Positions 35,146-43,848 of a stretch of 64,000 bases of DNA are shown here, piece after piece. A model generated the notes under the pieces. That model did not search any database. It had not been told where the DNA came from and was given only the letters and a program-made list of their open reading frames with translations. This stretch comes from an uncultured cyanobacterium. Lineage in GTDB: Bacteria > Cyanobacteriota > Cyanobacteriia > Pseudanabaenales > Pseudanabaenaceae. How positions within the stretch are numbered: position 1 is the stretch's first letter; every line of letters begins with the position of its first letter. The stretch lies in contig OY969811.1 in the NCBI GenBank assembly GCA_963703315.1, positions 3,648,001 through 3,712,000 on the forward strand, in the 5' to 3' direction. The position numbers were made by a program, and so were the translations under genes.

Positions 35146-36756
35146 TTAGAACGAGAATACAGTTCTCAAAGTACCAACAAAGATGGTGCTGTTGGTGGTG
35201 CTGTTGTTAGGATTGAAGATGAATTGAACGTCAGGGGTAATTCTGATGTTGTTGGTGATTGGCAAGTTATAGAACAACTCTACGTTGGTCTGAGATGCGT
35301 TGCCAATTTTGCTTTCGATGAAAGGTTGACCAACAGCAATACCAGCCAAAGCGCCTTCCTTGAACAAGTCAGGGAATGCAAAACCAACTGCCCAAGTTTG
35401 AGGATTCAAGTTATTGGTAGCAACGCTAGGTGTAAAACCAGCAGTATAGCCAGTACCAATAGCAGCAGTACGAGCATCTAATGTACCGAAGCCATAGCGA
35501 CCAAAGAGGGCAATTCCCTTAGAGAATTTCCACTCAACGTTGACACCACCACTGTTGACACTAGTATTGTTGACAGATCCGTTGGTGTAGAGCAGTTTAA
35601 TCGCAAAAGTCTTATCGCCAGCTTCGTTCTTAGGAGCAAACTCTAGCTCACCACTAAGTTGGTAAGCATCACCGAATAAGCCTTGGTTGGTTGCGGCGAA
35701 TGTAGGGCTGCTACCATTGCCAGCTAGGTAAAGACCACGCAAGCTGAAAGCACTCTTACCGATGTTCCAGTCGAAAGCAGCACCTGCGCCACCATTTTGA
35801 CCATTAATCAAAATGTGGAGAGGATTGTTGATGAAGAATGTCGAAGCAAAATCGTAGGCTTCATTGTTAGCATAGCTATTGGTGTCGATGTGATCATAGG
35901 CGTGCATCACAGGTCCAATAGAGAGACGAGCATCTCCAACAGTGAAATCATAGCGGAGCTTACCAAGGGTGAAAGTTGAACCACTAGTTAGACCTGTGTA
36001 GTCTTGACCATACGTACCAAAGCCAATATTGCTAGTCACTCCCGTAGTACCAGTAGTACTCAAAGCGCCCAGTGTTCCAGGAATATTAGCCGTACCATTG
36101 CCAACTTCGAGTCTGGTCTTCAACAGGTCGCTGCCAGTGAAGCTAGTGTTGAGGTCTAAACGAACCCGACTAGATACGAAAACGTTAGTGCTGGTGGGGA
36201 AGGTTGCTAGATTGTTTCCGCTAGCTGCTTGTGCTGAGAAGATTGCTTCGCCAGATAGCTTAGTGGTGGTGGAGAACTGTTGAGCTTCGAGCTTAGCGGT
36301 CTTAGCATCAAGAGCATCGACACGACCACGAAGGGTGGCGAGTTCAGCAGCAAATTCTTCTTGAAGCTTTTGTAAGGTGGCGAGGTCTTCTTTGCTAACT
36401 TTGTCAGCAAGCCCTGCGGAGATGATTTCGTTGATCTTGTCTAAGCAAGCATTCAAACCAGCAGCGAATTCATAACGACTGGTTGCTTGTTTGCCACGAA
36501 ACGTGCGATCGGGATAGCCAGCGATACAACCGTAGCGCTCGACCAAGGATTGCAATGCGGTGAAAGCCCAGTCAGTAGGCTTAACATCGCTAAGTTGAGA
36601 TACTGAAGTTACATTTTGGGCAACAGGATCATTGGTAATAGCTTGACTAACTTGTGAAACACCTGTTGTTTCTGCAAGTGCGGGAGTTGCAGCGACTGCA
36701 CCAATAACGCCCAACAAGCTGAGACTACCAACTAAATTTAAAGATACTTTTTTCAT
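35146..36756 (-). CDS. Cyanobacterial outer-membrane porin (SLH + OprB-like barrel)
   Basis: VTSVSQLSDVKPTDWAF, LVERYGCIAGYPD, FSTTTKL.GE, terminal LRTVFSF; RBS GAGGAG. Confidence 0.95.
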   Translation of the reverse strand: MKKVSLNLVGSLSLLGVIGAVAATPALAETTGVSQVSQAITNDPVAQNVTSVSQLSDVKPTDWAFTALQSLVERYGCIAGYPDRTFRGKQATSRYEFAAGLNACLDKINEIISAGLADKVSKEDLATLQKLQEEFAAELATLRGRVDALDAKTAKLEAQQFSTTTKLSGEAIFSAQAASGNNLATFPTSTNVFVSSRVRLDLNTSFTGSDLLKTRLEVGNGTANIPGTLGALSTTGTTGVTSNIGFGTYGQDYTGLTSGSTFTLGKLRYDFTVGDARLSIGPVMHAYDHIDTNSYANNEAYDFASTFFINNPLHILINGQNGGAGAAFDWNIGKSAFSLRGLYLAGNGSSPTFAATNQGLFGDAYQLSGELEFAPKNEAGDKTFAIKLLYTNGSVNNTSVNSGGVNVEWKFSKGIALFGRYGFGTLDARTAAIGTGYTAGFTPSVATNNLNPQTWAVGFAFPDLFKEGALAGIAVGQPFIESKIGNASQTNVELFYNLPITNNIRITPDVQFIFNPNNSTTNSTIFVGTLRTVFSF

Positions 36757-36915
36757 GATTCCACTCCTCACGAGAGTCAATTTTGGACTTATATGTTTAT
36801 GTAGTTTGTCAGAATACTTTTTGATCATGATTTATGTCACCGACATAATTTAATCAACCCTTGTAAGTCTGCAATAGATATACAAAGTAGCTTTTTACCA
36901 TCATTAAGTACTGTT

Positions 36916-36958
36916 AACTTAGATACATAAATTCTAAGATGTATGTATCGTAGCATAC
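36916..36958 (-). promoter_or_regulatory. Candidate NtcA-type promoter of porin gene
   Basis: GTA-N8-TAC (36945-36958), 23 nt, TAAGTT. Confidence 0.4.
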
Positions 36959-37158
36959 TTACATCTTATGATAAATCATCCAATTGGGTTATCCCGAAGC
37001 TATAGTAGCAGCCAGTTATGTCAACCCCAAAAGAGAGTGGCGGCGCAACTCTCTTTTGGGATTTCAGAAAACTAATTTGCCTAATTTATTGATTGGGCTT
37101 GCTAAGCATTAGCTTTGGGAGGATGCCACAGTAATCGTTTTAGACTTAAAATTCACAA

Positions 37159-37246
37159 TAAGTAGCTAAGCATAAATAAATTTAAAACCTAAAAACTTAT
37201 GCCTTCCACATAGCGAGCGGCATAAGTTCTGGTTCTTAGCTACTTA
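37159..37246. mobile_element. MITE-like element with 12-bp terminal inverted repeats
   Basis: TAAGTAGCTAAG...CTTAGCTACTTA, internal AACTTATGCC/GGCATAAGTT stem. Confidence 0.6.
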
Positions 37247-37274
37247 GCTAAATTTGCCCCATAAAATATTTTTT

Positions 37275-37955
37275 ATGTCTCTTCCCAATCAAAATTTAGA
37301 TTTGAGTGATATCTCCCAACAGTTAGAGAGTGAAAACTCACGCGATCGCCTCCGAGCCTTAGTCTCTCTTAGGGATTTATCTCCTGATGATGCTGTCCCT
37401 TTAATTTTGAAGGTAATTGATGATGACAATTTACAGATTCGCTCAATGGCAGTATTTGCACTAGGGCTGAAGCATACGGAAGATTGCTTTCCTGTCTTAG
37501 CAAGAATATTAGAAACTGAAAACGATTATGGAATTCGTGCCGATGCCGCAGGAGCTTTGGGGTATTTACAAGATAATCGAGCAGTTGAGCTTTTATTAAG
37601 AGCATTTTATGAAGATACGGAATGGTTGGTGCGATTTAGCGCGGCGGTATCTTTAGGGAATTTGGGGGATGTGCGAGCCTACGATGCATTAATCCAAGCA
37701 TTAGATAGTCATGAAACCATGTTGCATCAGGCAGCGATCGCCGCTTTAGGTGAAGTTGGAGACTTGCGTTGTGTCGATAAGATTTTACGATTTGTGCAGT
37801 CTGAAGATTGGTTGACTAGACAGCGCTTAGCTGAAGCTTTAGGGAATTTAAACTGTGAGAAAACTCTGTCGGCTTTGAATTATCTAGTTAAAGATGTGCA
37901 TCCACAGGTTGCATCGGCGGCAAAATACTCCCTTGATCGACTTGTGGCTGAATAG
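37275..37955 (+). CDS. HEAT-repeat PBS-lyase-like protein (NblB-like)
   Basis: IRSMAVFALG, DYGIRADAAGALGYL, WLVRFSAAVSLGNL. Confidence 0.85.
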   Translation: MSLPNQNLDLSDISQQLESENSRDRLRALVSLRDLSPDDAVPLILKVIDDDNLQIRSMAVFALGLKHTEDCFPVLARILETENDYGIRADAAGALGYLQDNRAVELLLRAFYEDTEWLVRFSAAVSLGNLGDVRAYDALIQALDSHETMLHQAAIAALGEVGDLRCVDKILRFVQSEDWLTRQRLAEALGNLNCEKTLSALNYLVKDVHPQVASAAKYSLDRLVAE

Positions 37956-38024
37956 ATTTCTCTACTTCTGCTCAGTAAAGTTTTAACAAATTTACAGGAG
38001 ATTCTCTTAGAGGATTTTAAAGAT

Positions 38025-39071
38025 ATGCCAATAATTTTGGCTGGTGATATTGGTGGGACTAAGACGCTTTTACGTCTAGCACATAAGCATTCTGACAAGC
38101 TTGAGGCATTGTATGAACAACGCTTTGCTAGTGCTAGTTATGCGAGTTTTACAGATGTTTTACGCGAATTTCTAGAGACAGCCAAAATACATCTAGGAGA
38201 TTTGCCAAATTTATCGGGAGCTTGTTTGGGGATTGCAGGACCTGTGCGCGATCGCCGATCGCAATTAACTAATTTAGGTTGGTCGTTTGATAGCGATCGC
38301 CTTGCCGAAGAGTTTAATATCGCTCATGTGAGTTTGATTAATGATTTTGTGGCGGTTGGTTATGGTGTGTTGGGATTACAGCCTAATGATTTATATACTT
38401 TGCAAAAGGGGAATGTAAAGGAGCGATCGCCTATTGGTGTTATCGGTGCAGGTACAGGTTTGGGAGAGGCATATTTAGGATGGAATGGTGATCGCTATGA
38501 AGTTTATGCCACAGAAGGGGGACATACGGATTTTGCCCCAAGGAATGAGCTAGAAATCGAGTTATTGCAATATTTGCAGAAGCGCCATGATCGCGTGTCG
38601 GTGGAGCGCGTAGTTTCAGGAATGGGGATTGTGGCGATTTATCAGTTTTTGCGCGATCGCCAATTTGCCCCTGAGTCAGCAGAAGTTGCTGAAAAAGTAC
38701 GGCTTTGGGAATCAGGTGATCTAAATGCTGATGTAGCAGCAGCGATCGCCAATGCTGCATTAAACAACTATGGAATTAATAGTGAAACTAATGTTGATCA
38801 TCTAGCTACGCAGACAATGCAAATGTTTGTAGAGGCTTATGCTGTCGAAGTTGGCAATTTAGCTTTGAAATTAATTCCTAATGGTGGCTTATATATCGCG
38901 GGTGGCATTGCTCCTAAAATATTGCCCTTGTTCCAAGACGGAAAGTTTTTGCAGATTCTCAAAAACAAAGGAAGAGTTAACTCTGTTCTAGAAGATATTC
39001 CGATTCACATAGTTCTTAATCCTGAAGTTGGGCTAATTGGAGCGATGCTTTACGCAGCCAACTTTATTTGA
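38025..39071 (+). CDS. glk: Glucokinase
   Basis: GDIGGTK, GIAGPV, LINDF, GAGTGLG, EGGH, GGLYIAGGI. Confidence 0.95.
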   Translation: MPIILAGDIGGTKTLLRLAHKHSDKLEALYEQRFASASYASFTDVLREFLETAKIHLGDLPNLSGACLGIAGPVRDRRSQLTNLGWSFDSDRLAEEFNIAHVSLINDFVAVGYGVLGLQPNDLYTLQKGNVKERSPIGVIGAGTGLGEAYLGWNGDRYEVYATEGGHTDFAPRNELEIELLQYLQKRHDRVSVERVVSGMGIVAIYQFLRDRQFAPESAEVAEKVRLWESGDLNADVAAAIANAALNNYGINSETNVDHLATQTMQMFVEAYAVEVGNLALKLIPNGGLYIAGGIAPKILPLFQDGKFLQILKNKGRVNSVLEDIPIHIVLNPEVGLIGAMLYAANFI

Positions 39072-39501
39072 GGCGCGATCGGATGTTATCGCCTACAGGT
39101 AATGGAAATACTTGATTGATTCTTTCTGGCGATTTTTTTAAATCAGCGATCGCCAAGAAATTCAATACCGTAAAGTGAGTTTTTTCTACGGCGGCAACTT
39201 TAACTGCGCCTTCGTCAAGTAGTGTTTTGTTACTATATATTTTTACCCAGATGTAATATTTGGGCAAAGCAACACCCACTTGGGTTGGTATGTCTCGCAA
39301 TAGTTCATACTCAACAGTTACAACTTCTTTGTAGATGTCCCGAAAATAGATTGTGAGATCGCGTTTAAGAAGTTTGTGAAACTGTTTAGGCACATTGCCC
39401 TGAATGTGTGAACCTTGAACGATCGCTAATGGATGTAATAGCTTTAATGGGGGATATCCAAAGCTAGCAATTCCCATAAATACGATCAAGCTATAGGTCA
39501 T
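39064..39501 (-). CDS. Hypothetical protein
   Basis: 145-aa ORF co-oriented with pdxH. Confidence 0.65.
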   Translation of the reverse strand: MTYSLIVFMGIASFGYPPLKLLHPLAIVQGSHIQGNVPKQFHKLLKRDLTIYFRDIYKEVVTVEYELLRDIPTQVGVALPKYYIWVKIYSNKTLLDEGAVKVAAVEKTHFTVLNFLAIADLKKSPERINQVFPLPVGDNIRSRLK

Positions 39502-39537
39502 AGTTAGCCTCTAGATAGAGAGAGAAACATTATAAGT

Positions 39538-40176
39538 TTAAGGAGCTAGTCTTTGAATTTGCCATGATTGATCTTCTTGTATTGTATATAAGAAGCGATC
39601 GTGCAGGCGATTCGGACAACCTTGCCAAAACTCAAAACTATTAGGAACAACTCGATATCCTCCCCAAAAATCAGGTAATGGAATCTCTCCGTCTAAAAAT
39701 TTGTGCTTAATCTGTTCAAATTGCATTAGTAGAAGCTGTCGTGAAGAAATAACAGAACTTTGTTGAGAAGTCCATGCTCCTAACTGGCTACCTCTAGGAC
39801 GAGAGGTAAAGTATTCCCAAGATTCAGCAGTAGTAACTTTCTCGGCATTGCCTGTAATGTGGACTTGTCGCTGTAGTGGCAACCAAGTAAATAAAATCGA
39901 AACATGGGGATTAGATCCAATTTGTTGAGCTTTGCGACTTTCATAATTGGTGAAAAACACAAACCCATTAACATCAAAATATTTTAGTAATACTGTCCGC
40001 ATGAAGGGCTGACCTTGCTCGGAAACGGTCGATAGCGTCATGGCATTAGGTTCGAGTAAATCAGCATTACAAGCTTGCTGAAACCAAGTCTCAAATTGCT
40101 TAAAGGGATCATCTTGCAGGTCTTTGCGTCTTAGTTGTCCTTTTTTATATTCTTCTCTTAGTGCGTGAATATCCAT
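39538..40176 (-). CDS. pdxH: Pyridoxamine 5'-phosphate oxidase
   Basis: EPNAM, RTVLLK, FFTNYESRK, RPRGSQ, WGGYR, EFWQG..RLHDR. Confidence 0.97.
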   Translation of the reverse strand: MDIHALREEYKKGQLRRKDLQDDPFKQFETWFQQACNADLLEPNAMTLSTVSEQGQPFMRTVLLKYFDVNGFVFFTNYESRKAQQIGSNPHVSILFTWLPLQRQVHITGNAEKVTTAESWEYFTSRPRGSQLGAWTSQQSSVISSRQLLLMQFEQIKHKFLDGEIPLPDFWGGYRVVPNSFEFWQGCPNRLHDRFLYTIQEDQSWQIQRLAP

Positions 40177-40316
40177 TTTGTGATTGCTTGAGGTTAACTT
40201 CAGGACTTCAGTATATAGCGATTTCCCATCGTGTGAGATATCAGGGATTTAGAAAATTGATAAATTTAGGGGTAGAGCATTTGCGCTGATATTTGTAAAT
40301 CATCACCGAAATCTCT

Positions 40317-41609
40317 TAGGGCAACCGCACACGTTTCTTAACAAACTAGCGAACATTTCTTAACGAGGAAAAAAGGGAGAAACGGGAGAATTGAGGATAT
40401 TTAGAAAGATAAGTCCAAAATGCTAGCAACAGTCAGTCCCGTCGGATTAATCGAAACCCACTTTGGGAACTTGCAAGATCCCAGAGCAGCACACAGTATC
40501 CTGCATAAGCTACTCGACATATTGATAATCACGATTTGTGCAGTGATCTGTGGAGCCGATAACTTCGTAGCAATCGCCGAATATGGCAAAGAGAAAGAAG
40601 AATGGTTAAAGACATTTTTGGAATTAGCAAACGGCATACCGTCAGTAGATACATTCGAGAGATTATTTGCGAGACTGAAGCCAGAAGCATTGCAAAAAAG
40701 CTTTATTAGCTGGATGGAAGCAGTCCATGAATCCACCGACGGAGAATTGATAAACATAGATGGCAAAACCCTGAGAGGAGCAAAGGAAGCAGGAAATTCG
40801 CGTAGTCTGATTCATATGGTGAGTGTGTGGTCAGCATCACAACATTTGGTATTGGGACAGCAAAAAGTGGACGAGAAATCCAATGAAATAACAGCGATTC
40901 CATCATTGCTAAAAATGTTAGCGATACGAGGTTGTGTGGTGAGCATAGATGCAATGGGATGTCAGACCGAAATCGCGAAAACAATCATCGAAGAGGGAGC
41001 AGATTATGTGTTAGCACTGAAAGGCAATCAAGGTAATCTCCATAAAGATGTGCGTGAACTATTTACCTCTGCACGAGAACAGAACTTCAAAAATATTGAA
41101 CATCAGTTCTATGAAACGGTTGAGAAAGGACATGGGCGCATTGAAACTCGTCGCTATTGGACAATGGGTAATACCGAATACTTAATCGGTGCAGAGAAAT
41201 GGATAGGTTTGAAAAGTATTGGTATGGTTGAATCAGAGCGCATTATAAATGGAATTATTTCTACTGAGCAGCGATACTATCTGCTTAGTCTTGAGAGTGA
41301 TGTCCACAGATTTTCCCAATCTGTCAGAAATCACTGGAGTATTGAAAATCAACTACATTGGATTCTTGATGTTGGTTTTGGTGAAGATGCTTCGCAATCC
41401 TGCCGAGGCTATATTGCCGAAAACTTGGCTGTTATACGTCATATCAGTTTAAATTTGTTGTCAAGAGATAAAAACAGTAAGGTCGGTGTCAAGACAAAAC
41501 GTCTTAAAGCTGGCTGGAACAACAACTATCTTAAGGATATCCTGAGTACCTTAAACATAGTCGCTGTCTAAATCTCGTTAATTGTTAAGAAACGTGTGCG
41601 GTTGCCCTA
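40317..41609 (+). mobile_element. ISAs1-family insertion sequence, intact
   Basis: 28-bp perfect TIR TAGGGCAACCGCACACGTTTCTTAACAA; 9-bp TSD GAAATCTCT at 40308-40316 and 41610-41618. Confidence 0.96.
40420..41571 (+). CDS. ISAs1-family DDE transposase
   Basis: DPR, IDGKTLRG, KSNEITA, IDAMGCQ, LKGNQ, HGRIE.R, HWSIENQLHW.LDV. Confidence 0.96.
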   Translation: MLATVSPVGLIETHFGNLQDPRAAHSILHKLLDILIITICAVICGADNFVAIAEYGKEKEEWLKTFLELANGIPSVDTFERLFARLKPEALQKSFISWMEAVHESTDGELINIDGKTLRGAKEAGNSRSLIHMVSVWSASQHLVLGQQKVDEKSNEITAIPSLLKMLAIRGCVVSIDAMGCQTEIAKTIIEEGADYVLALKGNQGNLHKDVRELFTSAREQNFKNIEHQFYETVEKGHGRIETRRYWTMGNTEYLIGAEKWIGLKSIGMVESERIINGIISTEQRYYLLSLESDVHRFSQSVRNHWSIENQLHWILDVGFGEDASQSCRGYIAENLAVIRHISLNLLSRDKNSKVGVKTKRLKAGWNNNYLKDILSTLNIVAV

Positions 41610-41857
41610 GAAATCTCTAAACGCAGTTGACTATTCATTAGCTATTCTCGCTTTAACACTCTAGGGAACTGGTTTAAAGTTGGAAATAAATCATGAGAGA
41701 TCGGTAACTCGATATACGAACCAACCTGATAAGTCCTCTCAATTTATTCGGCTGAGGTGCTTTATAAATAATAACTGTCACAATAATCTAATGTAAGAAT
41801 GAAAGCTAATCAGATTTTTATACTAAAATAGAGAAGATAAAATTACTGAGAATCCTC

Positions 41858-42601
41858 ATGATTTCTCAAACTGGGCGCATTCATTCAATTGAAACTTTTG
41901 GGACAGTAGACGGACCGGGGATCAGGTTTATTGTATTTACACAGGGCTGTCCCCTGCGTTGTCTCTATTGCCATAACCCCGACTGTCGTAATGCCCATGA
42001 TGGCAAAGAAGTTACCGTTGATTATTTAATTGACGAGATTAAAAAATGTAAATCCTTCATTCGCAAAGGGGGCGTAACTGTAAGCGGCGGTGAACCCTTG
42101 ATGCAACCCGAATTTACCAGAGAAATATTTCGGCGTTGCCATGAGCTTGGCTTACATACTGCCCTTGATACATCGGGTTACTGTGCGATCGAGGTGGCGC
42201 AACCCGTTCTCGAAGAAACTGACTTGGTGCTGCTGGATATCAAATCCTACATTCCCGAACTCTATTACCAAGTTACCAGCGTTTCCATCGAGCCAACACT
42301 TTCAATGGCAAGGTATCTCAGTGACATTGGCAAGCCTGTTTGGATCAGATTTGTGTTAGTCCCGCACCTCACCGATAATCTCGACAATATCAATCAACTG
42401 GCTGACTTTATCGCCACACTCAAAAATATAGAAAGATTAGAGGTTTTACCATTTCATAAAATGGGAGAATATAAGTGGGAACAGTTGGGCTTGCCCTATT
42501 CCCTCAAAGACACACCACCTGCACCGCCCGAACTTGTACAGCAGACCGTTGATATCTTTCGCGATCGCGGGATCAATGCCCTTGGTGCAGTTGGGATTTA
42601 A
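41858..42601 (+). CDS. pflA: Pyruvate formate-lyase activating enzyme
   Basis: GTVDGPGIRF, GCPLRCLYCHNPD, SGGEP, LPFHKMG. Confidence 0.93.
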   Translation: MISQTGRIHSIETFGTVDGPGIRFIVFTQGCPLRCLYCHNPDCRNAHDGKEVTVDYLIDEIKKCKSFIRKGGVTVSGGEPLMQPEFTREIFRRCHELGLHTALDTSGYCAIEVAQPVLEETDLVLLDIKSYIPELYYQVTSVSIEPTLSMARYLSDIGKPVWIRFVLVPHLTDNLDNINQLADFIATLKNIERLEVLPFHKMGEYKWEQLGLPYSLKDTPPAPPELVQQTVDIFRDRGINALGAVGI

Positions 42602-42653
42602 TGACCTGCTCCCAATATCCGAATAAACCTAAATTATTAGGAGGTAAGGGGTT

Positions 42654-43103
42654 ATGCTACACAAACATCATGAACAATATCAAGAGAAAATCATTTCCCT
42701 TTGGGTTGTGTTTTTGCTAGGTTTACTCTTCCATACCCAGCTAGGATTAATGCCCTTATTTCACGGGCTAAACATCATCACATCCCAGTCTCAGAATATG
42801 GCAGAGATTGCTCCGATTATGTGGTTGATGCTAAGTTTCTTTGTGCTGCCAATGGCGGCAATCATCGGTACTGTTTTCACTAATTCAAGGGGCTATCGCA
42901 CGATCCACTTTGGTTTTACGGTACTTTACACCATGTTAAATTTTTCCCATCTCATTGCCGATATCATGGTGCGGACTGATTTATATCAAATCGCACTCAT
43001 GGCGATTCTATTCGCGATCGGGCTTTTGATTAATCTAGTTTCTTGGCAATGGATGCGCGATCGCTCCCACAGATCCACCCATCAACATCTACAGCATTCT
43101 TGA
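42654..43103 (+). CDS. Hypothetical membrane protein (~4 TM)
   Basis: Hydrophobic segments, AGGAGG RBS. Confidence 0.75.
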   Translation: MLHKHHEQYQEKIISLWVVFLLGLLFHTQLGLMPLFHGLNIITSQSQNMAEIAPIMWLMLSFFVLPMAAIIGTVFTNSRGYRTIHFGFTVLYTMLNFSHLIADIMVRTDLYQIALMAILFAIGLLINLVSWQWMRDRSHRSTHQHLQHS

Positions 43104-43140
43104 CAATCTATTTGTTAGTAAATACAATGTAATTACTAAC
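43100..43140 (+). promoter_or_regulatory. mazEF-like promoter with palindromic operator
   Basis: TTGACA-17-TACAAT; palindrome GTTAGTAAATACA-A-TGTAATTACTAAC (43114-43140). Confidence 0.7.
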
Positions 43141-43153
43141 CGCAATCCACATT

Positions 43154-43414
43154 ATGAGTACAGCTATTAGAACTCGAATTGTTAAGATTGGAAATTCTCA
43201 AGGTGTGCGTATTCCTAAATTGCTCCTAGAGCAAAGTGGTATTCATACAGAAGTTGAGATCGAAGTTGAGGGAGATCATCTAACTATTCGCCAAGTCAGA
43301 CATCCCCGCGCAGGATGGGATCAAGCCTTTGCCCAGATGGCGCAAAACCATGATGATGTGCTTTTAGACGAAGTTAGTACAACTGAATGGGATCAAGTTG
43401 AATGGGAGTGGTAA
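43154..43414 (+). CDS. AbrB/MazE-family antitoxin
   Basis: RIVKIGNSQGVRIPK, PRAGW, WD..EWEW. Confidence 0.92.
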   Translation: MSTAIRTRIVKIGNSQGVRIPKLLLEQSGIHTEVEIEVEGDHLTIRQVRHPRAGWDQAFAQMAQNHDDVLLDEVSTTEWDQVEWEW

Positions 43415-43731
43415 TTACAAGATTTGATGTTGTCTTAGTCAATCTTGATCCCACCATTGGTAGTGAAATTCAGAAGACACGCCCCTGTCTTGTCATTTCC
43501 CCTGATCAAATGAATCTCCATATTTCCACAGTCATAATTGCTCCAATGACGACAAAAGGGAAAGTATATCCTAGTCGGATCAATTGTCAGTTTCAAGGCA
43601 AAAATGGGCAAATAGTTCTAGATCAGATCCGTACTATTGATAAAACTCGATTGGTCAAGAAATTGGGGCGAATTAATCAAGATGAACAAAAATTAGTACT
43701 TGCCACCTTAGCTAAAATGTTTGCTGAGTAG
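43402..43731 (+). CDS. PemK/MazF-family toxin
   Basis: LDPTIGSEIQKTRPCLVISP, APMT, DQIRTIDK.RL. Confidence 0.93.
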   Translation: MGVVITRFDVVLVNLDPTIGSEIQKTRPCLVISPDQMNLHISTVIIAPMTTKGKVYPSRINCQFQGKNGQIVLDQIRTIDKTRLVKKLGRINQDEQKLVLATLAKMFAE

Positions 43732-43848
43732 GCTTTTAAATCATTTAAGAATTGTACAGATCCCTCTCAAATGCAGACAGAATCCTTTTCAAGGGGGACT
43801 GGAGGGATCTCTTAGGGATTGCAACAAAAATATTAATGGGAACTGAGC

